In this document: in pieces, positions 1-11,434 of the stretch
Layout: each line of letters starts with the position of its first letter
Position numbering within the stretch: the stretch's first letter is position 1
Virus record (IMG/VR): IMGVR_UViG_3300029822_000003
Coordinates: 29,172 to 93,171 of that record
Length of the DNA stretch: 64,000 bases
Reading direction: 5' to 3' (one strand)
Source: a virus
Notes under the pieces: model-generated
The model's input: only the letters and a program-made list of their open reading frames with translations
Databases searched by the model: none
What the model was told of the DNA's origin: nothing
Translations under genes and position numbers: made by a program

Positions 1-156
1 AAGATTTTCACCACTTACAATATGCTTTTTCCCGCAATCGCATTTACATAACCACACAACTTGAGTTTTTCCACTTGGTAATTTTCTGCTTGGTAATTTT
101 TCTTTTACAACCAGTCTCCCAAACCTTTTACCTGTTAAGTCTTTTAAGGCGGTCAT
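1..156 (-). CDS. AP2/HNH-associated Cys-rich protein, N-terminal part (runs off window)
   Basis: Manual translation MTALKDLTGKRFGRLVV...VVWLCKCDCGKKHIVSGENL; same DLTG.xF.RL..W.C.CDCG motif as 39346-40014. Confidence 0.7.
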   Translation of the reverse strand, partial: MTALKDLTGKRFGRLVVKEKLPSRKLPSGKTQVVWLCKCDCGKKHIVSGENL

Positions 157-175
157 ATTAATAAATTCCTTCTTT

Positions 176-682
176 CTAAACAATTTTGTATGTTATTGAG
201 TTCAAAAGTGTAGAACTATCAATTAGAGGATGTGTGCCATTTTTACGAGATAGGGTAAACCAGTGATTAGGTGGAGAATAAGTATCTAATACAGTTTGTT
301 TTGTAATATCAACTAACTTTTGCCCTAATTCATTAAAGAAAATATTTATATCTATCTTAAAAGTGAGAAGCAAATTTAAGTTTGTTTCAAGTAAAGTAGA
401 TATTTCATTATCTTTCTCATTTGCAGTTTTACGTATAAAGCTTCTCTGCGGTATATGTATAGCTGTAGTGCTATCTTTAACGTGTAATCCGTTTGCATGG
501 AGCCACGCTCTCATTTTAGGTGTTATATTAATGTTCATCCCGAATTCGGATACACCAGCGTACATGCATACAAAAGGTGTGTCTGTAAATATTCCAACTT
601 CTATTTTTTTGCTTTTAAGTTCTTCCAAAATATTTTCAAGCTTAGGCAAATTATTTTGTCGTATTATCTTTTTTACAGGCAT
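176..682 (-). CDS. Neck / virion morphogenesis protein (HK97 gp10-like)
   Basis: HIPQRSFIR and HPLIDSSTL motifs; position after head-tail connector. Confidence 0.6.
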   Translation of the reverse strand: MPVKKIIRQNNLPKLENILEELKSKKIEVGIFTDTPFVCMYAGVSEFGMNINITPKMRAWLHANGLHVKDSTTAIHIPQRSFIRKTANEKDNEISTLLETNLNLLLTFKIDINIFFNELGQKLVDITKQTVLDTYSPPNHWFTLSRKNGTHPLIDSSTLLNSITYKIV

Positions 683-1284
683 TAAAATCTCACATCCTTA
701 TACGATTTTATAATTTTCAGTTGGTCTTCCGAAAACTTAATTTCGCCCTTATATTCCATAGAAATGTCGTCTATTTTATAGCTCTTTAATAATGTTCCTT
801 TGCTGTTGTCCATACTAAATAAATCACTTATATACTGCATACATAACAGTTTTAATTCAAAAGGTACATCTGTATAACCTGCATTATATGTAACCCTTAT
901 ATGTCGCCTTGGAAAGTCTACCTTATCACTCATATATCTTATTGAATATCCTTCTAAGAGCCATCCATCATCTTTTATTAAAAAACCGCCATCTTCATTT
1001 AATTCATACTCATAATCATCCAAGGTTCTGTACACCTCGTTTTCATACACGTATTCCACCATATCCACGGTATTTACAGGATAATTATTTAAGACTAATT
1101 CTGGCATATTTGTTCCCTTGTACCTTTCTACATAGTCTTTGGCGAATATATTTCTACCTATTTGTTTTTGTATCTGCTGGCTTATACCGCTTATATAAAG
1201 TGTTAAAATAGTATCTTTACTTGTATCCGTTATTCCCATAAAGTCTTTTAGCTCTTGTAATGTACATAAATCCATTGTTTTCAC
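682..1284 (-). CDS. Head-tail connector (gp6-like)
   Basis: TLQELKDFMGI...D.IL..YI N-terminus; VTYNAGY..VP.EL; position downstream of capsid. Confidence 0.75.
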   Translation of the reverse strand: MKTMDLCTLQELKDFMGITDTSKDTILTLYISGISQQIQKQIGRNIFAKDYVERYKGTNMPELVLNNYPVNTVDMVEYVYENEVYRTLDDYEYELNEDGGFLIKDDGWLLEGYSIRYMSDKVDFPRRHIRVTYNAGYTDVPFELKLLCMQYISDLFSMDNSKGTLLKSYKIDDISMEYKGEIKFSEDQLKIIKSYKDVRF

Positions 1285-1323
1285 CTCTTAATTTACATTT
1301 TAAGGTAAAAGAAAAAAGCTGGC

Positions 1324-1554
1324 TTATTTGCCAACTTTTGTATCTTTTTTTGGGGTTTCTTTGGTACTTTTTGTTTCTGCCGGTTCTACCACTTTAGTTT
1401 CAACGCTAACTTCAAACTTAGTTTCACCCTTTTTAACTAATAAATCTGCAAATTCCTTGTCGTTAACTGTTATTTTCTCACCTTTTATATAATGCTTTGT
1501 ATGTATTCCATCCTCTGCTGCGTAAAAACTTTTTTGTGCTATTAAACTAAACAT
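1324..1554 (-). CDS. Small hypothetical head-module protein
   Basis: ORF with RBS between capsid and connector. Confidence 0.55.
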   Translation of the reverse strand: MFSLIAQKSFYAAEDGIHTKHYIKGEKITVNDKEFADLLVKKGETKFEVSVETKVVEPAETKSTKETPKKDTKVGK

Positions 1555-1564
1555 TCAATCACCT

Positions 1565-1954
1565 CTAAACAGTTGGTTCTACTGAAGGATGAGAAAGAAT
1601 TATGCTTGCACTTACAGGTGTACTTACAGTTCCAGTTACGGTTAATTTTATAGCTACATATTCTTTTACACCTCTATAACCTATCTTGTAGCTTCCTGCT
1701 GCTGTAATGTCAAACGAACCACTGCCTAAATAATCCTCTGCTGCAACATCTGTTAAAGTTCCTGCCGTATCACCTTCAACCAAAGAAACAGTTAACTTAT
1801 TGGACGTTGTTAGCCCTGCCCCAGCATTGATTATTCCGGTAACACTTTCATATGTTGCTGTATCTACTGCTGTTCCTGTTGCTGTAGCTGAAAGGGTTTG
1901 CGCTGCTATGCATTGTCTAGCAGCTATCCCGTTAAATAAATCTTTCATTGCCAT
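1565..1954 (-). CDS. Putative capsid decoration / minor head protein
   Basis: Ala/Thr/Gly-rich, beta-type; directly after major capsid gene. Confidence 0.5.
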   Translation of the reverse strand: MAMKDLFNGIAARQCIAAQTLSATATGTAVDTATYESVTGIINAGAGLTTSNKLTVSLVEGDTAGTLTDVAAEDYLGSGSFDITAAGSYKIGYRGVKEYVAIKLTVTGTVSTPVSASIILSHPSVEPTV

Positions 1955-1967
1955 AATTAAGCACCTC

Positions 1968-3092
1968 CTATGCCTGTTTGAAAATCTTTAAAGCATCTGG
2001 CATTTCTATACCGCCGCCAACTTCTCTAGTTGTATAGAAAAGTATATTAGGCTTTTTGGTAAGTTCATCTCTAAGGGTATACATTCCAGCTCCATCAACG
2101 ATTGTATATGCTTGTGCAAAATCTCCGAAAGCTATTGATAAAGCATTTGTACCAGGAGTTGGCATATCGGTTGCAAGATTATAATTATAGCCTAATATTG
2201 TGTTAGGTTTTCCAACTTGCGTAGAAGGTTCCCACAAATACCTCCCTTGATTATCTTTAAGTTTTCTTATATCTCTTAAAGTTAATCTGTTCAAAAGCCA
2301 TGTAGCATTTGGAAGATATTCTTCGAGCAACGATGCCTGTAAATCCATCAATCCATCAAAGCTAAAAGCTTCATTTACTACGCCAATCCCTTGTGTGGTT
2401 GGATTGGACAAGAATCCTAGTGGCTTATTCACACCGTCACCAGTTACAAACGCTGTAGCTTCTTGCCTTGCAAATTTATTCGCAACTTTCCTATTTATAT
2501 AAGCTTCCCAGTCAAAATTACTATCTATCATTAATTTTCGAGTAAGTGCTGGCTGTGCATATTGTTCGTGCAATGGAATTTTAACCATCTGTAAAGTGCC
2601 ATTATCAGTTACGGTTCTTTCAGCTCTTTCACCTATCCATCCAGAATCAAAATCATCTGTATTTTCTCTTGGTACTTTATACTCTCCGGCACTGGAAATT
2701 GTTACTATGTTAGCTATCTGCCTGATAGGTGACATCTGTCTTACTCTCTCTACTATTTTGTTTGCCATTATGCTAGGAACCATATATCCGCCATCAGGAT
2801 TACTGTCAGTAGCCATCTGCTTTTTTTCAAGATGCTCGTCAACTATTCCTTTTCTAGCGTATATATCAAAAGCGGTCTTGTACTCCATTTCTTCTTTAGA
2901 TAGTTGTTTACCTTCTATCATATTTGGAGTAGTGTCTGGTCTTTGCATTTTGACTTCTAAATCATCAAGCCTAGTTTGAAGCTTTTCTATGGTTTCTGGA
3001 TTGGCGTTTTTCTTTTCCATTTCATCTTTTAAGGCTTTGTAATTTTTGTTTATTTCTTCTATCATTTCAAGGGGAGTTTTTTGTTCTGCCAT
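1968..3092 (-). CDS. Major capsid protein, HK97 family
   Basis: Coiled-coil delta domain, DGGYMVP, LKDNQGRYLW, IAFGDF motifs. Confidence 0.95.
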   Translation of the reverse strand: MAEQKTPLEMIEEINKNYKALKDEMEKKNANPETIEKLQTRLDDLEVKMQRPDTTPNMIEGKQLSKEEMEYKTAFDIYARKGIVDEHLEKKQMATDSNPDGGYMVPSIMANKIVERVRQMSPIRQIANIVTISSAGEYKVPRENTDDFDSGWIGERAERTVTDNGTLQMVKIPLHEQYAQPALTRKLMIDSNFDWEAYINRKVANKFARQEATAFVTGDGVNKPLGFLSNPTTQGIGVVNEAFSFDGLMDLQASLLEEYLPNATWLLNRLTLRDIRKLKDNQGRYLWEPSTQVGKPNTILGYNYNLATDMPTPGTNALSIAFGDFAQAYTIVDGAGMYTLRDELTKKPNILFYTTREVGGGIEMPDALKIFKQA

Positions 3093-4628
3093 TTATATCA
3101 CATCCTTATTTTCATTTATAGTGTTGCAAAGTGCTTCAAGTGCCTTAATTTCTTCACTCTTTAGTTCCAGTGTACCATTATTTGATTTCTTTTGCATATC
3201 TTCAATATTTTGGAATTTATTGTCATAGTTTTGAGCACTTTTTATTGGTTCTTTGCCACCACAAGCTTTCCCATCTTCTTCGGTATTATCTTCTGAATCT
3301 TCATCATCACATAAAGCCGCTAATACTGCTATTGCATCTGATAAAGCATCCTTACACCTGGTCATTTGTTCTTTATTTGCTTTGCTTATCTTTTTGCCTG
3401 CTTTCCTTTCCATATATGATGATTTAGTCTCAAATTCATAATTTAAAGCTTTCTGTGACATTGCCATAATTAATCCTGCCATAACCTGCTTATACATCAT
3501 CGAAAAAGAATCTATAGTGTTATTAGTTGCTGTTATTTTATCTTCTACGGTCATTTCTTCATCTTGTACTATAGAATCTAAAGACTGATCTAAAGCACTT
3601 TCAGCATCCCACCTAGCTTCTCTGTTTTGCCTTGTCTGATACACTGCATTAAAATCTAATGCTTTTATATCTAATTTATTAGGGTTAGATTTTTTATTCT
3701 TATCAGTAGTATCTGTATTGCTATTATCTGAATTATCAGATTTAATTTGGTCGTCTGTTATTTCGTCGAATTCAAGTTTTTTAAGATAAACATTAATTTT
3801 CTTAGCAACTTTCTTTTTATCTTCATCAGATATATCTACAGGATTTCTAGCACCTCTTATCGCATTTGCGGCCGCTTTTATACCGTTTGGTATAGCTGTT
3901 AGTTTATCATCAACTATATCTGCAAATCCTAGTTTATAGCTTCCTTTTTCGTTTGGTTTAGTTGTGTCTACCCAAAAGAAAGCTTTTTTTGCTTCTGCTG
4001 AAATATTTCCTTTATCGTCTGTATATTTATCAAATACGTTTTTTGATGCCACGGAGCCATCCCATTTAACCGCTTTGTCAGCTATAGGCAATGTAGTAGA
4101 ACCACTAGCACCTTTATTCTCAATTGTCAAATTATCACCTCCAGAATTATTTTGAGATTTAACACTTGATACAGTAGCAGCTTCATTCATAGGAAAGGTA
4201 ACAAGGCTTACCTCCATAATTTCAATCGACTTTAAGTTTCTTATTGTCTGTCCATTTTCAGTAACATATTCAAAATCAAGTGTTTTATACCCTATAGAAA
4301 GTTTTAATAGTCCCTTTTTTAACAATGCATATGCCGTGGCTGCTAAAGGTACCATATATTGGCCATCTGAATTTTTGTCTAATATTAATTGGCCTGTTGT
4401 TTGAACTCCTGCTTGGGTATCCAACAATGTTTGGTTGCCTAAAACTTTAGTTATGTCATGTTGATAGAGTATAGGCACTTGTTTACCATTGTTTATTGGC
4501 CCAATTGAAGGTAAAACACGGTCATTTCCATCATCTATATTGTTATAAGGACTTGCTAAACCAACAAATACACCTTGGTCGTTTATTTCTTTTATTTCTA
4601 AAGGTATACTTTTATATTCTAATGCCAA
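3093..4628 (-). CDS. HK97-type prohead protease with long C-terminal extension
   Basis: G.F.GLASPY...D...D; ILYQHD; LSIGY; EVSLVTFPMNE; then about 350 extra aa. Confidence 0.9.
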   Translation of the reverse strand: MALEYKSIPLEIKEINDQGVFVGLASPYNNIDDGNDRVLPSIGPINNGKQVPILYQHDITKVLGNQTLLDTQAGVQTTGQLILDKNSDGQYMVPLAATAYALLKKGLLKLSIGYKTLDFEYVTENGQTIRNLKSIEIMEVSLVTFPMNEAATVSSVKSQNNSGGDNLTIENKGASGSTTLPIADKAVKWDGSVASKNVFDKYTDDKGNISAEAKKAFFWVDTTKPNEKGSYKLGFADIVDDKLTAIPNGIKAAANAIRGARNPVDISDEDKKKVAKKINVYLKKLEFDEITDDQIKSDNSDNSNTDTTDKNKKSNPNKLDIKALDFNAVYQTRQNREARWDAESALDQSLDSIVQDEEMTVEDKITATNNTIDSFSMMYKQVMAGLIMAMSQKALNYEFETKSSYMERKAGKKISKANKEQMTRCKDALSDAIAVLAALCDDEDSEDNTEEDGKACGGKEPIKSAQNYDNKFQNIEDMQKKSNNGTLELKSEEIKALEALCNTINENKDVI

Positions 4629-4702
4629 TTTCTCACCTTCTCTCGTACTGCCTTAACATTACCATAATTTGATAATTTACGCTTAAATAGCTATATTTTT
4701 GG

Positions 4703-5788
4703 TTACAATAAAATGCTTCTAGTTGTGCCTATAGTCCCGTAAAAATGTGTACCATCAAATTCTATTAAGCCGTTGCTTTGCCCTGAAGCAATCTGCTCGT
4801 TAGGTACTAAAGCTGATGCTCTTAATTTTAAGCTACTCATAGGCAAAGTAATTGAGCCTAAGCCACCATTTAATGTAGATGCTCCACCTACTCCCGTTGA
4901 AGTATATAACAATGCTACATCCACTAATACTCCCGCTCCTGTAAATGCTGGTGAAGCTGTGGTTGTTATAGTATCATTTATAACCGTTACTGTTCCTGTT
5001 GAATTTGTAACCAATACCGGGATAGAAGCTGTAACCATAGATACCATTCCAATTGTCGCGCTTGCTGAACCTGCTACAGTTACTTGGCCTATTATTTGGT
5101 CACTTGTGTGTGTAAATGATACCGAACCACCAAGGGCTATACATACATTATTCGGATTGTCTAGTTTAAAAGAAACTCTATTGGCTATAAGCGACCCTTT
5201 TGCCGTTGATGCAGTATATACACATCTTGCCGAACTTCCAGACGTAGAAACATTACAAGTACCATCTTCAAAGTAAATTTTTGAACTAGTATTTGTGTTA
5301 GTCCAATTTATAGCATCACCGCTAGTTGAATTTACACTTGAACCTAAGAATTGGAGGTTTTGCGCCCCTGTTCCACTAAATGAAAGCGTGTTCCCTGTAC
5401 TTGAATTTAATACTACATTGTCAAATATAATTGTTCCTGTAAAGTTAGCTATATGATTTCCTATAATATAAACTCCGAACTTAACAGGACTTGTAATGTT
5501 TACTCCTGCTTTTAAAGTTAAATTCTCCGTATAAGTACCAGGGAAAGGAAATATAGTAGTTCCAGAAGTTGCTGTATCTATTGCTTTTTGTATTGTTAAA
5601 AAAGGAAAATTCGCACTACCATCTCCTGTAGTATCGTTTCCACCTTTACTTGTATATAAATAATTGGTGGGCTTTACTACTCCGGCTCCTGCTACAATAT
5701 CGGACCATAAATCTGCCAAATTAACCACTTCCCCATTTTCTCTTAACATTCTTCCAGAGCTTGGTGTATAACTATCAATATCAGACAT
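4703..5788 (-). CDS. Right-handed beta-helix (pectin lyase-like) virion protein
   Basis: GNDTTGDGS..PFLTIQKAID....G.TI...PGTY.E cap motif followed by S/T/G-rich coils. Confidence 0.7.
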   Translation of the reverse strand: MSDIDSYTPSSGRMLRENGEVVNLADLWSDIVAGAGVVKPTNYLYTSKGGNDTTGDGSANFPFLTIQKAIDTATSGTTIFPFPGTYTENLTLKAGVNITSPVKFGVYIIGNHIANFTGTIIFDNVVLNSSTGNTLSFSGTGAQNLQFLGSSVNSTSGDAINWTNTNTSSKIYFEDGTCNVSTSGSSARCVYTASTAKGSLIANRVSFKLDNPNNVCIALGGSVSFTHTSDQIIGQVTVAGSASATIGMVSMVTASIPVLVTNSTGTVTVINDTITTTASPAFTGAGVLVDVALLYTSTGVGGASTLNGGLGSITLPMSSLKLRASALVPNEQIASGQSNGLIEFDGTHFYGTIGTTRSILL

Positions 5789-6383
5789 ATAACCACCTCC
5801 AAATTAAAAAACACTATATATAAATTTTATATATTTCCTTTATTTTACATTAAAATAGAAAATCTCGCACAGTTTGGCTTATTTGTTAATTCTATTGGAT
5901 TTAAATATAAAAAATAGTCCTATATAATTACAGGACTATAAATTTTAATATGTTTATGTAGTTATTTTAAAATACGTGTTTTACATCTAAGCCAATACAT
6001 CTTAAAGAACTCTTACCTAACTCCTTTAGCTTCAGTAACTGTAGCATCTTCAAACTGAATCTTATTTCTAAGATTTCTTAGCAGTGTATTTTTAGCTGTA
6101 TAGAACGTGTATTCTCCTGCATAACCTGTAACCCAATCCAGCGCTGTTTCTGTAGTACCTCGTTTCATTATCAAGTAGAATCTTTCATGTTTATCTGACC
6201 ATAATTTCTTTCTTATGATAAATTCTGTTTTTACTTCTCCATTTGATTTTTTCAAATTAATCCCTACTTTCTTTTTTATTTATTATTTGTTGGCTTTGAT
6301 ACTCTTTGATTTTGTGCCACAAGTTTGAAAGCTGTGTAGCTTCTTCAGCACTAAGAGCCATAAGTGCATCTTCACTACTAAAT

Positions 6384-7691
6384 TTATATATTTTGCTCAT
6401 TATCTTTCTCCTTATTAAATTCCGTTTCATAATGTATATCTTCCATTAAATAATTAAAAGTCTTATTGGGTCCAAACCCAAAGAGCTGGCAAAAATCTTT
6501 TTCTGAACAGTTTAGAAAATCTTTTATACTCATATTGCAAATGCTTCTTCTACATTCTACTAGCTTTTTATAATCTTCTGCACGTCTAGGAGCACTATTA
6601 TTGCCACCTTTTTGTATTTCTTCATGCAATTCATTTAATTTAAGAGTTAGATATTTAAAGAATTTCTTCCTTAATTCCTCGGCTTTTTCTTCCATAATCA
6701 TATCTATCATACAATCTTTTATAGTACGTTCATTTTGCTTTAATGTTGCGGTTACGTTTTCTACAGGGTCAAACATATTTTTTATATTTTTAGCTATACA
6801 TTCTCTTGCTTTTTCAGCATCATCTTTAGAACTACAAGTGACGCTTACATTAATATCTGCCTTACCGCTACTATTTGCCTCAATTTTTGCATTGTTTAAT
6901 TTATTGAACGAATTCTGCATCTCTTGTAATTTTGACCCAATTTCATCTAGTAGTTTTATACCTTTTTCAAAATCAATATTTAGTTTGGCCGTTAATCCTG
7001 CCCCTAACTTTGCATTTTCTATGGGGTCAAATATATCTTTAGCTATAGTTCTTTCGTCAAGCTCTACAGTACCGCTTTCTGTTATATTGCTATGCTGTTT
7101 ACCATCTATGAGTTTAAAACAACTTTCAAATATCTCTTCTGGTAGTACATATATGTCGTTCTTTTCTCTTATTATGTAATCATTTGGATGTACTGGTATT
7201 TTTACATCATTTTCGTCACTGCCTTTAAGTGCTATTTCAGTAACAGTATGTAATATACTAATATTTCTTATTAAACCTTCTCCTAATTTAAGTGCATCGT
7301 CACTATCTCTCAAATCTTCATAGGTTGAAACGTCTATATTTTTTAATGCTGAAACTACATTTCCGTTAGCCTTATTGACGTAGTACTTTATTTTATTTTT
7401 CATAGTATCATTTTCCTCCTCAATTAATTCAAAATATTTATCAAATTCTTTTCTAGGTACTTTATATACACATCTGTATCCTTTTACGAGGTAATCTCCT
7501 TCTAAACAATATATATTTTCTCTTTCTGCTTCAATTACAAAGAGATAAGATTCGTTAAGGTTAAATCCTCTAGTCTCAACACTATGTATCAATCCCGACC
7601 CAAACTTCATTATATCCATTGTTGTATTAACTTTGGCGGTAATTTGCATAGCTTCTACTATAACACCAGTATCTTTATTTCTATATTTCAT
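6384..7691 (-). CDS. Hypothetical protein with two tandem N-terminal phage domains
   Basis: Two copies of KY.NK..G.VV.A...(G/N)DY.V/I...Y......F...F.LI, related to 20150-20401. Confidence 0.55.
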   Translation of the reverse strand: MKYRNKDTGVIVEAMQITAKVNTTMDIMKFGSGLIHSVETRGFNLNESYLFVIEAERENIYCLEGDYLVKGYRCVYKVPRKEFDKYFELIEEENDTMKNKIKYYVNKANGNVVSALKNIDVSTYEDLRDSDDALKLGEGLIRNISILHTVTEIALKGSDENDVKIPVHPNDYIIREKNDIYVLPEEIFESCFKLIDGKQHSNITESGTVELDERTIAKDIFDPIENAKLGAGLTAKLNIDFEKGIKLLDEIGSKLQEMQNSFNKLNNAKIEANSSGKADINVSVTCSSKDDAEKARECIAKNIKNMFDPVENVTATLKQNERTIKDCMIDMIMEEKAEELRKKFFKYLTLKLNELHEEIQKGGNNSAPRRAEDYKKLVECRRSICNMSIKDFLNCSEKDFCQLFGFGPNKTFNYLMEDIHYETEFNKEKDNEQNI

Positions 7692-10600
7692 TATTTGTCC
7701 TCCATATATTCTACAAAAGTAACCGCTGTACTTTCTACGCTACCTATCAGTTCATCATCATCTGAAAGTAATATATATCTGTATACTTTTCCAGTTACGT
7801 CACAATTAGGCAATATCTTTCGTATTATATTAGTCCTGCCAAAATATTCACCGCATCCAAGACGTTTCCCATCTATAGTTCTTATACTTTTTATTTCTAA
7901 CTTGTTTATATCTATTCCACTAGAATATTTCATTTAATCCCTGCTTTCTTTTTCTAATTCATTTATATTTTCTTTTAGATATTTAGAAACTTTTTGATAA
8001 CCTTCTGTATTATCTTCCTCACTAAATCCTCTGAATTTTGTTCTCGCTGGATAAGCATCAGTTATTGTTCCATCTTCTTCAATTTCTACAACTAGAGTCC
8101 ATCCAAACAAATGTAAAATAGTATTTGTAAACCATAGTAACCCTGTTTTCCTAAACTCTTGCCATTCTTTCTTATATATCATTTTATTATTTTCCATTTA
8201 TTTATCTTCCTTTCTAGGCAACTCGTTCCCCATTCTAATAATTCAACTGCCGTCTGATTAATAGCTTTAAATAGGCTTGTTCCATGTTCTCTAAATATCT
8301 TTCTAAACAACTTGCCCTCGTCTTTAAATCCTTTAGGTACTGTAGGCGGTTTATTTGCAAACATTATGTAACAGTTTGGATTGTTTTGGTATGAATGACC
8401 AGAACATGAATATTTTGTTTTATATCCTTTCTGGTTAAGTTTTACAATCGTTGGTACTAATAGTTCATCTATCCAAACAACTTCCCCTCCGCATCCAATA
8501 TGAGGGCACGGATGGTAATAACCCATTTTGTCTGTATATTTAATTGTTTCTGATTTTTTAACTGTGCTTTCTTCTATAACTTTGTAACATTTTAAACATA
8601 AATATGGCATATAAACTCCTATCTCCACGAAATTATTATCATATCTTTATTCTCATTTATAATATTAAAATTTGATTTCAATTCTTTAATAAGTTCTGGA
8701 AACATATGGTCTTTCTCTAAATATACTTCTGACCATTGATTCGATACTGCATTTTTGATTTTGCTGTTTACATAATCAATACAAGATTCTTTCCATTGTG
8801 TATTGATATTTTCTTTTGTGATAAGTTCTGTACCTCCGATTCGCATTTTTATTTCTCCCCCTTTTATTTTTGATGCACTTTGTACTCCTTTTTCAAAAGC
8901 TTCACCCGGATTATATCTTTCATATATTTCGCTTATTTGTCCACTAGGGCTATGCATCCTTTTAATTCTTTCTATAAATTCAGCATCAGTTTCATCATGT
9001 TTTTTTAATATTTTGGGTATACTTAATTTATCTAGCATTTTTAGTCCCCCTTATTTAAATTTGCTCTAATTGTTTTTTTAAATTTGTTAAATGTTCTCTT
9101 AAAACGTCTAAAACTTTGTCTTTCATTTCTGTATTTAGGTTATATTCTGCTGAATCTATACCACCATAGCCATTAGATTTAAAAATATATTTTGTATCTC
9201 TTTTTATTATTTTCCCTGTCCATACCATTCCAGCAGTACGTATAAAACTTTCTAATTCTCTTATTTCTTTTTTAAGGCTGTTGGCTTTTTCTAAATCTTT
9301 ATCAGTCATTTAATTTATCCCTTTCATATTTATTTTTTAGGATTGCCGCCATCTTTTACTATTCTAGTTGGTGGCGGCTTCGGTAACATTATTTCTAAAT
9401 TGCTATTGTTTCTATATCTGCATCTGTTTGGGTCTATCGGAATGCCATCACCGGCTTTTGCGTATGTCTCAATCTGTTCTTTAGTTTTAGCACATTCCAT
9501 ACATACATGAAATATCCCCCTAGTATTGCTTTCTATTTGCCACATATCTTCTTTTTTAAGTTCATTCTTGCACATAAAGCATTTATGCCAGAAAAATCTA
9601 GGGTGTATCTTCTTTATTTTATAATTCTTAGGTTCTCTTTTCATTTACTTATTTTCCTTTTCTCTCATTTTTACTTCTAAAATAAATCCCTGTATCAACG
9701 TAGCAATGCAATAACACGCTATTGAAAGGTTTATATTATTGGTTGCCATATCGTAAATTCCCATTCCAGTTGAAACATAGCACGCTATATTAAGTATAAT
9801 TATGCAACGCTTTTCAAAAGCTTTAAGTTTCATAAAACCACATCACCTCTTTTCTGCATCTACAGCTAAGCAATAAGTTATGCTAGTTGCTAAAAACATT
9901 AATATTACACCTACAATATTTAAATTATAGAAGCAGTTAATGCCACCAAATCCATATAAGATGCCAATTATAAAAGTCTTTATCATTGGCTTAAAGTGTT
10001 TTATCAATATAAGTGTCTCCTTCTTTTTATTGTTCGTATTTTTACCATTTTAGTTAAAACTTATTTGTATTGCCATATATAGAAAATACCACTTTTAGTT
10101 AAAATTTACGAACATTATTTGAATTATATAATATATTATTCGTATTAATTAAATTCTCTTGCTGTTAGTATGTGATTATGCATAGTATGGAAAATACTAA
10201 TATAGGCAGGAAAACTACTAAATTTACTATTCGTTGTTGCTCTGAATATGTTTCGTTGAACATTGCATTTATAGACATGACCATAGAAATTATTCCTGTG
10301 TAAAATGCTAAAATTATCATTTGTTTAACATCCTAAACAATATTTAAATAGCCTAAGAAGAATATAAGTATAGGCAAAGAAAGTGCTATACATATAAACC
10401 TCACAAGACCTTTATTTTCACTATTCATTATAGTAAGAGCTATACCTATAACCGTATAAATCAATCCGTATATTGCTAAATATTTCATTTTTTTACCTCC
10501 AATCCAAGTTCATTTGCTATTTCTACTAAATCATTTCCTGTGATGTTGGGGCAAATCTCGCCAAAGCAATGTATTGTTATGTTTGCAAACCAGTCTTTTA

Positions 10601-11384
10601 ATTCTCGTTTGCTGATTCCTTTATGTATTTCTCCAAGAGAAAATCCTCTTGACAATTCATTTATTACTTGCCTTTTTTCTTTCTGTGTATATTCAATCTC
10701 TTCCATATAAAAATCGTTGAAATCTATATCTTTACTTTGTTCTTTACAATCGTCACATACTTTGCTTGCTTCTTTTGAATCTTGTTCTGGTAATTTATTA
10801 TTAGAAGGAGTTGTAAAACTATTGACTTGATTAAAAAACGTTAATTGTATATAGTTATCATTATTTTTCTTTAGTTTATAAGATGCTTTGTCTAAATTTC
10901 GGCTGTTGTTTTTTTTACTCATCTTGTCACCTATTACCATCTAGTGCTTTTATCTTGTGTAAATAATTCAACTAGAAAGCAGTTTCCTAAATCATGCACT
11001 GCCTTAATTGTTTTTTCTCTTTTTTGTTTTGCTAATTCAAGGGCGAGTTCCATTTGTTCATCTAGGCTAAAATAAGGTATACCCTCTATTCTTCTCACTT
11101 CCTACCACCACCATTTCCGTTATTTTTCCAGCAAAACAATGTTATTGTAATGGTGATAACTGCTAAAAATCCTAAAATTTTATCTTGCATAATTTCATCA
11201 CCTATGATATATTATACTCTGTAGAAATGAGTAAATCAAGTTAATATCGAGCATTTTGATTTAAATTTATGCAATAAAAAAGACTAGAAAATAACCTAGT
11301 CTTGATTTACATATTAAATATTATGTGAATATGATTTTTGTAAACCTGCCCCGCACAACGTTTTTAGAGGGTTACATTGTTTTA

Positions 11385-11412
11385 AATTAGCATAATATTA
11401 ATTATGTTCACT
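11385..11412. other. dif-like 11-6-11 tyrosine recombinase site
   Basis: AATTAGCATAA-TATTAA-TTATGTTCACT; right arm resembles XerD arm TTATGTTAAAT/TTATGTAAACT. Confidence 0.45.
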
Positions 11413-11434
11413 TATGAATATTGCTCAATATACC

